This document shows, one piece after another, positions 53,470-64,000 of a DNA stretch of 64,000 bases. Source of the stretch: Octopus vulgaris. Taxonomy: Eukaryota. The notes under the pieces were generated by a model, which ran no database searches, was not told where the DNA came from, and saw only the letters and a list, made by a program, of their open reading frames with translations. The position numbers were made by a program, and so were the translations under genes. The stretch spans positions 22,072,001 to 22,136,000 of the forward strand of contig OX597817.1 of assembly GCA_951406725.2 (NCBI GenBank), read 5' to 3'. Numbering within the stretch: the first letter of the stretch is position 1; each line of letters begins with the position of its first letter.

Positions 53470-53790
53470 ATTCTTTTACACTTTTCAATCATTAGACTGC
53501 AGCAATGCTAGAGCACCGCCTTAAAGGATTTTAGCCAAAGAAATCGACCCCAGGACATCTTTTAATGCAAGCTTTGTACTGATTTCGGTCTCTTGGCAAA
53601 TCGATAAGTTACGGGGTCATAAACATAGCAACATCGCTTGTCAAGCAATGGTGTGGAGACAAACGCAGACACACGCATATACGACGGGCTTCTTTGAGTT
53701 TCGCTGGGCTTTGGTCGGCCGTCGACCCGAGACTATAGTAGAAGACACTAGACCAAGATGCCACGCAGTGTGACTGAACCCGGAACCATG
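53470..53790 (-). mobile_element. SINE family A, old diverged copy
   Basis: Recognisable blocks gagcaccgcctt, atcgaccccagga, tacgacgggcttct and ctatagtagaagacac. Confidence 0.7.
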
Positions 53791-54239
53791 AGTGTATCAA
53801 TCAATCTATCTATCCCTCTATCCATCTATCTACGCAAACACAGACGCATGCACACACTACACACAAAGCTCACACACGCAGCATATACATATACGCATAC
53901 ACGTACATACACATGCGCACACATACTTCAAACCACCAGTTAAACACTTTTATACTGACCCGACACACATGTGAAGAGACATACACTACACAAAAGACTG
54001 CCACTTCTGCTACTACTTTCTTCCTACTACATTAAGCGACACAAATTTAACTCACACATACGCACATAAGCAGTCAAAACCACACACACAAACACACAAC
54101 ACATACACATAAATACGCACACGCACATCCTATTACACACACCCACGCAGACTTACACGCATGCACATACACACACATACCTCCTTCTCTTACACTCTCC
54201 TCTCTTAGAAAGAAATTTTCCTTCACCCATTCCCTTCCG

Positions 54240-54455
54240 GTCATCTAAAAATGTAACCACATGTGAATCGTTGGCGATTTGATTTTCTTCCCCCGTCTTC
54301 CCTTCTATTGGACTTTCCTCTGCTTCCGAAGAAAAGCATCTGCTCGAAATGTTAAATCATCTTTCTTTCCTTTCCTGAACGTCTGCTAATACATTACATG
54401 TACCACATACTCGCGTTGTTGTTTATTGTGTTTTTTCTTTTTTTTGGATTTACTG
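54240..54455 (+). mobile_element. Penelope-like pLTR family P2 copy
   Basis: Reverse-complement homolog of 26949-27160, with CCGAAGA-aaagc-atct-gctc-GAAA-tgtta. Confidence 0.55.
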
Positions 54456-54645
54456 AATATGTATGTATCTATATCTATATGCAACTGCCCGAAATGATCG
54501 TGACCTCTGGAACTTGACTGAGGAAAGAAAGCCAGGAATGACCTGGCTTTTTTTTGCCTCTCCTTCTAATTTTGTTTCATTTGTCCGCCTTTGTTTCGTC
54601 TATCTGTCCGAATGTTTTAATGTCCTCTATTACGATTTTGCGCCA

Positions 54646-54731
<86 letters not shown>

Positions 54732-55242
54732 CTCGTTACCGGTGTTCGGCCAAGCCTGACCTTTTTCTTGGTTCGGCCGCCGTCCGTGCAACATCTATAT
54801 TCCTGCCTGTGCCTATGAAATCTTGTATCCCTGCCGTAAGGCTTTATTTCCACACACGCCAGCTTAATTTAATACGTCCTTAGTCAAAAGACATCTGTTG
54901 TTGTGTTCTGTTATTTGTATTTGTGTAACATTCTCCGGAATTTTTCCGTCCTTGTTTTTGTATACATTCGCTGCTTTCTTCCAAGGAATCTAATGCTCTT
55001 AGCTTAGTTTTTCCTTGGGGCTGGCTAGATTGGAGCATTCTCGAGTATAACCAGCCAAAATTGCAACGATAACCTGGAACTCGACTGAGGAAAGAAAACT
55101 CCGAAAGACAGTCCTTGTTTTTTTTTTGTACCATCTATCTGTATGTTATGTTATCTCTTTTTTGTATCACCTAACTGCCTGGATGTTTTGCGTTCCTGTC
55201 CCATTTTGTATTTTTTAAATATAATAAATAAATAAATAAATG

Positions 55243-55300
<58 letters not shown>

Positions 55301-55344
55301 TATATATATATATACATATATATACATGTATATGCATATACATG

Positions 55345-55411
<67 letters not shown>

Positions 55412-55482
55412 ATATGCATATACATGTATATATATATATATACACACATACATATATATATGTATGTGTATATATATGTATG

Positions 55483-55558
<76 letters not shown>

Positions 55559-57489
55559 TGTTGCTTTTATATAGCCCTTAGACAACCCTAATATTGCAGA
55601 CCTGCAATTAAAGTCACGACCATTCTGCATCTTCCGAGGTAATTTCAACACCTTATCCAATGATTTCTCTCCCTATTGAGGATGGTGTCGTGTTATTTCT
55701 AGCAAGCTGGTCGAGTCACCAGATTATGCTCCATTACTTGGGTTACCAGTATCTTTTCATTGTATCCGTCATATTTCTTCCTTTCTCTCCTACCTTCTCC
55801 CTTTCTCTGTATCGTTCTCACTACTAATACTAATACTGCTGCTGCTACTACTACTACTACTACTACTACAATTACTCCCGCCACCTCTCCTACCCTCCTC
55901 TCCCCCTCTCTCTCTTTCTGGCTATCTGTCTTTAGAAAATTTCTCATTGCCCGTAACCATCACCTTTAAATCGATTTCCAACTCTTTTCGCCATTCTGAC
56001 ACCTTTCAAACACACACACATACACATACACGCGCTCACGCACGCACATACATGTACACACACACAGACACCGACACAGACACAGACACCGACACAGACA
56101 CAGACACACACGGGGCATACATTCATCCAAGTAGAGCTCAAGGCACACATTCGTCTCATATAACACCCAATACACACAATCAGGCACACACACACACACA
56201 CACATACACATACACAGTCTTCTACACACTTGTCAAACAGTTAATCCCGCATACATACACTCATACACACACACATGCATACACAGAGCTAGTTTCACAT
56301 ATATAGGCAATCAGCACACTGCCAATCACATACGTAACCTGTCACACACAGCTAACTCTATACACAACCGCTAAACACTGAGATCTACACATAACAAGCC
56401 ATATACGACTATTTATTCACTCTCAAAGTAAAGCACACACAGAGACTCAAACAAAAGACACACGCACACAAACACACACATAAACGCACATGCACACATA
56501 CAAACGCAATTCATTCCTCACACATCAGTCAGCCTCATACAGCCTGTCACACATAGCCACCTTATCCATTTTACACACTCACACTCACACACACATACAC
56601 ACAGACAACTTTACACACAATCAACTTCTATTGATTATCTCTGCAGCTAGAGTTTGTTGGATATCAATCAGAGGTCGATGCAGTTGATTGATACGCCAGT
56701 GTTAATGGCGTCTTAAAATATCGGCCATGTGTTCCGTCTCTCACTCCCCATCGCAGTGTCTCTCTCGCTTTCTCGCCCCCCTCATTTTCTCTCTCTCTCT
56801 CTCTCTCTCTCCTTCACCACTTCCGTCTCTGTCTCTGCTCCTCTCTCCCTCTCTCTCTCTCTCTCTTTCACCATGACAGCGATAACAAATGGCCACCACC
56901 ACAACCAAAGATGTCTTCGTTTTCTACTAAGTCTAGCTAGAATAACAACCACAAATAATCCAAGGAGGGAACATCTGCCTGATTGCTCTACCTCTTCGGT
57001 TCGAAATAGAAGCCAAATGTCCCTCAAACCACACTACAAACTTCTTTGTCGTTCTTTCTTTTCCTTTTTTTTTATTTTCTTTTTAAGACATTGGTTAATA
57101 TAGCCTTAGTATATTCTTATTCAAAAACAATATACTACTTCAGAAATAACGAGATAATCGTAGTTGGACCGAGGCTAAACGACGACAACAACAATAACAA
57201 TAGCAACATCAAAACGAGCTTGAAAATTGCATCTGCTATCTCGACAACAGTAGCTGAAATGGGCTAACGAGGTAGCATGTACATCGTCGCTCGACTGCTC
57301 TTTCTAGAAACTCAAACTTCTCAAAGACAACATGATAGTGTCTTATGAAATGACCCTTCTTTCTCCCTATATTTCTGCTCTGACCATCTCTTCCATTCCT
57401 TGGAGGAAATCGGCAGTGGTTAAACCTTGGCCCCCACCAGGTCTAAATATACCCAGGACATGTTATATATATCATGAAAGCGTTACTCC

Positions 57490-57565
<76 letters not shown>

Positions 57566-57758
57566 TGTATGTATGTATGTGTGTGTATATATATATATAT
57601 GTATGTATGTGTTTATGTATATGTACATACATATATACATATCTATATCTATCTATCTATATGGATGGATAGATAGATAGATAGTTAGACAGACAGATAT
57701 AGATATAGATGTATATAGATATGTATATATGTATGTAATATACATACATACATAAGAC

Positions 57759-57796
<38 letters not shown>

Positions 57797-57806
57797 ATCT
57801 ATCTAT

Positions 57807-57855
<49 letters not shown>

Positions 57856-58079
57856 GTGTGTGTGTATGTATGTATGTATGTATGTATGTATGTATGTATG
57901 TATGTATGTATCAAATTAACATTCAGTTGGATTAGGAACTTAAATTGAGATACCTTTCCTGTTCGGTATAGTCCGCACAGCTCCAAGTTAGGTGAACAGA
58001 GAGTAAATAACACAGACATATACACACAAACACACACATATATTATTATTATCATTATTATCATTATTATTATTATTAT

Positions 58080-58145
<66 letters not shown>

Positions 58146-58681
58146 AACTACAACTACTACTACTACTGAGTGAGAGAGCAGTGCATACCATCGAATTGAC
58201 ACAGGGGTACAAATATACGAAGCCCCAAATATCCTTCATGACTACTCGTCTGATAAGGGTACACCAGGCACATACATCACAACCATGTCTGCGACATGGT
58301 GATCTTAGTGTTTTCTTTTTTTTATTATTTTTTCTATTATCCTCTTAAACTTTAAGTCCTCTCCTTCAAACACTCATACGTCGAAACCGGTGGGAGCGAC
58401 CATTATCCTTTTTATCATCGTTTAAAACTGTTTGATTTGGTTACATGCGACTTAAAGTTTCTTAGGCTTCGTACAGAAACTTAAATCAGTAAAAACATAT
58501 TTCTGTACGACGCCTGCACCATACAGCATGTCGCTATATCAAACTGTTTTAAATAACAGTATATATCACTACCACTAAATGGACTGAGTGCTCTTTTCTT
58601 TCGTTTGTCCACTCAGTCGTATGCGCGCGCAGAAACACATACACATACACAGAGCTTAAAAGAACTGCGCTGGTTATAGTT

Positions 58682-59091
58682 ACTCTTTTACTTGTTTCAG
58701 TCATTTGACTGTGGCCATGCTGGAGCACCGCCTTTAGTCGAGCAAATCGACCCCAGGACTTATTCTTTGTAAGCCTAGTACTTATTTTATCGGTCTCTTT
58801 TGCCGAACCGCTAGGTTACGGGGACATAAGCACTCCGGCATCGGTTGTCAAGCGATGTTGGGGGGACAAACACACAGACACACAAACATATACAGACACA
58901 TACATATATATATATATACATATATATACGACTGGCTTCTTTCAGTTTCCGTCTACCAAATCCACTCACAAGGCTTTGGTCAACCCGAGGCTATAGTAGA
59001 AGTCACTTGCCCAAGGTGCCACGCAGTGGGACTGAAACTGGAACCATGTGGTTGGTAAGCAAGCTACTTACCACACAGCCACTCCTACGCC
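58682..59091 (-). mobile_element. SINE family A, full length, with 9-bp TSD
   Basis: TSD tatagttac at 58675-58683 and 59092-59100. Confidence 0.9.
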
Positions 59092-59472
59092 TATAGTTAC
59101 AAACTTTGAAAATATATTTGCTCTCAGTCAGCCTTTATTAGGGACTACACTACAAGTTAAACACCATTACCTTTATGGCAACCCCTATGTTATGCAACCC
59201 AACCATTTATAGTCAAAAATCGAATTCACTGCTCACATACATCTCTTCCACCCATCTCCAATACCAAGTATTAACCCTCAGTATTACATAACGCAGTACA
59301 TCATTATTAACGCCTTCACTAATCAGATCCTAATCTGCCCCATTTTTCTCTTTCATTGCTTACACCTTTCCCTGTATATTCAGCCACACAGAAATCAACA
59401 GCATCAACTTCACCACCACCATCATCACCGAAAGAGTTAAAACGTCTGCTCTTTTCTCTGCCCCACTATAAT

Positions 59473-59698
59473 CCTATTTCTTTACGACCCACAAGGGTCT
59501 AAACACAGAGGGGACAAATAAGGACAGACAAACGGATTAAGTCGATTACATCGACCCCAGTGCGTAACTGGTACTTAATTTATCGACCCCGACAGGATGA
59601 AAGGCAAAGTCGACCTCGGCGGAATTTGAACTCAGAATGTAACGGCAGACGAAATACGGCTACACATTTCGCCCGGCGTGCTAACGTTTCTGGTAGCT
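59473..59698 (-). mobile_element. SINE family B, near full length
   Basis: cctatttcttta...gacaaacggattaagtcg...gctaacgtttctg. Confidence 0.88.
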
Positions 59699-60595
59699 CA
59701 ATCCAAAATAGAAAACTCTAACAAGAGGCTACACATACAGCGACAACAACAATACAGCCAAAATTGGAGCTACCACACCTCAGTAAAGTAAAATGAATAA
59801 ATGATTAATCAAAACTTAAACATATTTAATCAGTGGTGCAGTGTTTTAGCAGGATCGTTAGGGTTGTATTTGTTCCAACTCTAGACGTACTGAGTTCAAA
59901 TTTCGTCGGGGTCGACTTCGATTTTGATTCTTCCCGCATTGAGAAATGCTAATCAAATATTGTAGTCAATTTAATCTACTACCGATTTATTCTGACATGC
60001 AGTGGACTTGCATAGCACAGTTAAATCCGAAATCCTAAATACCTGCTTAACTGGGAGACGCCTACGAGAGGGTGTAACATACTTGCTGATATCACACCAC
60101 CATTATCTAATTGCAATTCTTATATTATACATAAATCATTCTATCTTCTTCTTTATCTATCTCTCTCTTTGTCTTCCTCCATAAGCGAGCTCCGTTAAAT
60201 TGGCTAATGCAAAATTTCCTTTCCAACTTTATTTCTATCGCTTTATTTCTCTTGTCTTCTCCTTACCCCCAACACCACCATCTATCTCCGTTGTGTACAT
60301 GCATTTCCACTTTCCCTTTTTCTCTCTCACGCAGACATGTATTCTCCCTCCCTCCCCGCTCTCTCTATCACTCTCTCTCTCTCTCTCTTCCACTTTCGCT
60401 TTACACTTCAGCTTTCTCCTTTCCCTCATTAACAGTTGCACCCCTTTGTCTCATTACACACAAGCGTTGCTTCATGAACACAGAGGCAATGGTATCAGAA
60501 CCAGAGTGAATGCCTTTGAGCCAGGGTCATTCGTTCTAGAAATATAACTCAAATCTCCCTCAAACCACAAGATGCCTTTTTTATATAAGTTCTGT

Positions 60596-60992
60596 GGCAG
60601 TGTGGTAAGTAGCTTGCTTACGAACCACATGGTTCCGGATTCAATCCCACTGCGTGGCACCTTGGGCAAGTGTCTTCTACTATAGCCTCTGGCCGACCAA
60701 AGCCTTGTGAGTGGATTTGGTACACGGAAACTGAAAGAAGTCCGTCGTATATATATATGTATATATGTGTGTGTGTGTGTTTGTGTTTCTGTGTTTGTCC
60801 CCCCGCCAACATCGCTTGACAACCGATGCTGGTGTGTCTACGTCCCCGTAGCTTAGCGGTTCGGCAAAAGATTCCGATAGAATAAGTACTAGGCTTACAA
60901 AGCATAAGTCCTGGGGTCGATTTGCTCGACTAATGGCGGTGGTCCAGCATGGCCACAGTCAAATGACTGAAACGAGTAAAAGAGTAAACGAG
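60596..60992 (+). mobile_element. SINE family A, near full length
   Basis: Matches the family. Confidence 0.88.
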
Positions 60993-63874
60993 TATACCTC
61001 TGGCATGACGGATGGTCAAGGCCGGAATGCCTTTGATTAGTGCAGACTTAATGTTAATTAACAATACCTGTAATCAATAGCTCACTTCCTAATGCTGCTC
61101 ACAGACACCCTTATTTCATTTGTCTTATGTATGGAAACCTATAAGACCCGACAGAGTCTTAGCTTTTACTCTTTAAGATAATCACGAAGTGAAGAAAAGT
61201 AATAACTGCAACATCGCCACTCCCATCGTCCACCTCATCTCCTACATCATCTTCAAAAACAAGAACAACAACAACAACAACCATTATCTACTCTACACAC
61301 GAAGCGATAGCAATTTGCCGACGAGTCGAATCGACATCGATAGCTGTTCACACCAAACTTGATTAATCGATATGTCTGTTTGGAGGTGTTTTTTGTTTTT
61401 GTTTTTTTTCTTTTTTCTTTTTGCTTCTTATCATTACACAGATGTTAAATGATTGAGTGGCCGCCACCTATAATAAGGCTTTCTTACATTGGCATGAAGC
61501 CTGAGAATTATAATGAAGAAGAGGAGAAAAATAGAGTTATGACGTTCCTGACTTCATAAGAAGGGCATTAGCAAAATTATGCGATGGAAAAAGTTTCCAG
61601 CTGGGAATTAAAAATACATAGTGGACTTTGTTCACTAACCGCTTTCTTCTTACTCTGTGAATCTTGCTGCTACTATATAGCATAACAATGTGTTGCGTGT
61701 TTGATTTCCTATCTAAAAGTTCAGTTGTTATAACAGAAGGTGTGTGTCTTGAAACTCTTGGATTAGAAGATTTTTGTCTGAATATTTCGCTACAGTGTGT
61801 TGGTGGGGCTCCCTATGACCTTTAACCTTTTAACTCGGTAGTGTAGGGGGGTGGCGTGTTGTGATGGTGGGAGGCTCAGGATCTGGTCCGCCCCGAGCGA
61901 CGCTTTTATGGGAGCGACACGTTTGGGTCTGCAGTATAAGCTCATAAAGATATAGGGGCCGGGAGTGGGGTACTTCCCAAGTAATTCCCACAAGTACTTC
62001 CCACAAGTAGGGCATACACTATACCTCTGGCTTACTCGTAACTACCATGCCTTTCAAATTACGTGATGTTCTTGAATTTTTTCTTCAACGTTAATAACCG
62101 ACTTTCTATAACTTTAACCATACAGTCCTATGGAACTATTACCTTTTACTCTTTAATTGTTCGTACAAAATATTCATCCACTTTCAAATTAGATTTTTAG
62201 CTATTACCCTAACAAATACCACAGTAACACCCTCCAGGAGCATAGTAACCTGTCTCGATTAAAAACACCGTTGAAGGAAACGGTATTGATAACTTGCACA
62301 ACTAAGGCCCATCAAAATCACTAGAAATATCAGGCTTTACTAACTTTCATAATTTTTCAAAATAACCCTCTCCCAAAATTTGTATCGCAAATACAATGTT
62401 ATATCAAGAATAGGGATCAACCGATGACTCTATAAATATTGAAATTCAGCCCGTATTAGAATAATATTCAAAACATCTAGGATGGTATTTAAACAGACAC
62501 ATATCAAAGCCAGCATTCCACAATCCATCCGATTAAATGGCTCATATTCACTTACCGAGATACTACAATCACTAACCTGCTTTTCTTTTGCTTCTTCTGC
62601 CAGTGTTATAACAGCTTTAATTCCTCTGAACTAGTCAGTAGCGTACCATCTCTGACAGAAACCATTTAAAGTAATTGCCATACCTCCTATTATCATTTCT
62701 ACTGTGTTTCACAATAAATATTTTCTTCAATTCTCTCCAATCTTGAACACTATTGTTGTCCACTGAAACTCCCATTTTTACCTTACAAGCATCAACCTGT
62801 ATATCTTTAAACTCAACATCAGTTGTACAAAGCGCATTAGGATTGCTAGGCCTGCAAAAGTAAAGACCTTCGCAATCTGCTTGTCACTAAGTAATTTAGA
62901 AAGCATTCATCACATTCCAGCATTAATCCCAGAATATTACTAGTACTTCGTAGTACTCATGAATGCATGACTTTGTCCGATGGTTCGATTTGAATTCATT
63001 GATGTTGCTGCAACATCGTTAATAAGCCGGTTCAAATCCCTTTAGTACTTTTATATGCTTGAGTTCAAATCCCTCTGAAGCCATTTAATTTTTGTTCTTA
63101 ACTTCTACACCAATCTCGATAAAATGGATACAAGCCGGGTACTTAGGTCGATTTCAGCGAGTACATTACTTGCTATCTGTACCTTTATACAAATAAGAAA
63201 AGTTGTAATTCTAGTTATTATTGCTGTTTTCGTAGTTTCTCTGCTGTAGATGCTTGGAACACAAACATACACACAAATATGTATACGACAGATTTCGGCA
63301 GTTTCCGGTTGTGGTACGATATGAGAACAAATGCACTTGCACACTTTTACAAATGTATATGTACAATGTTTTCTAACACTCATTTCGTCTGCTAAATTCC
63401 TTCGGAAACTTGGCCGACGAAAAGGGTCTGCAGTACAAGAGACTTGCTTATGTATATAGTTGTCGGAGATCACCAAAAACAAATAATGCTTTCTAATCGA
63501 TGTATCTAAACTAACAAGTAACAATGTATCTCTAAAAGAAACGGAAAAACTTTCAAAATACTAAGATCTGAAAATAGAGGTAACTCGAATATGGATCCTA
63601 AAAACAGAAACAATTCCTATCATAGCAGGCGCATTAGGTATAATAAAAAAAAAAAACAGTCAGACAAACACATAACAAAAGCACCAAGACTTACAAGTAT
63701 ATTTAACATACATAAAATAGCACTACTAGGTACCGCACACATCCTTCATAAAACACATCCAATACAGTGAAAATAAGAGCTTCACATCAAACCACAGCAC
63801 AGACCCAAGGCACACAGAGCTGCGCTCGGTAGTGCAATGAAAGTACGTGATAAAAATAAGACTATTAGATGATG

Positions 63875-63938
<64 letters not shown>

Positions 63939-64000
63939 ATTTATTTATTCATTAATTTTTTAAATACATATTTTACCTGTGAATTTGCGTGTGTAATCTG

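Noticed and set aside
57332-57490. Non-repetitive ORF start MIVSYEMTLLSPYISAL...
   Set aside because: No recognisable homology or splice donor. It runs into microsatellite.
61816-61828. DR1-like nuclear-receptor site TGACCTTTAACCT
   Set aside because: A single short motif, plausible by chance, with no supporting context

Overview
AT-rich, microsatellite-saturated eukaryotic DNA. The SINE and microsatellite content suggests an octopod cephalopod (inference). Nearly all ORF-track entries are low-complexity artefacts. Host coding content is one phase-1/phase-1 exon (39798-39926, +) of a Lachesin/DIP/IgLON-like Ig protein, so much of the window is probably intronic. The rest is mobile-element debris: a 5'-truncated but uninterrupted CR1-group RT ORF, fragments of R4-like, L1/Tx1-like, CR1-like and Penelope-like retroelements, four tRNA-type SINE families, two mariner MITEs, Helitron-like pieces and a 5S rRNA pseudogene. 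The standout is a near-identical 353-bp tandem array (9772-12508: six direct units plus an inverted 618-bp arm). It carries eight type I hammerhead ribozymes with a palindromic helix III, the architecture of a non-LTR retrozyme or Penelope pLTR array predicted to yield ~353-nt self-cleaved, possibly circular RNAs. Several unrelated hammerhead-bearing repeat families also occur, repeatedly as head-to-head inverted pairs in (TA)n tracts.
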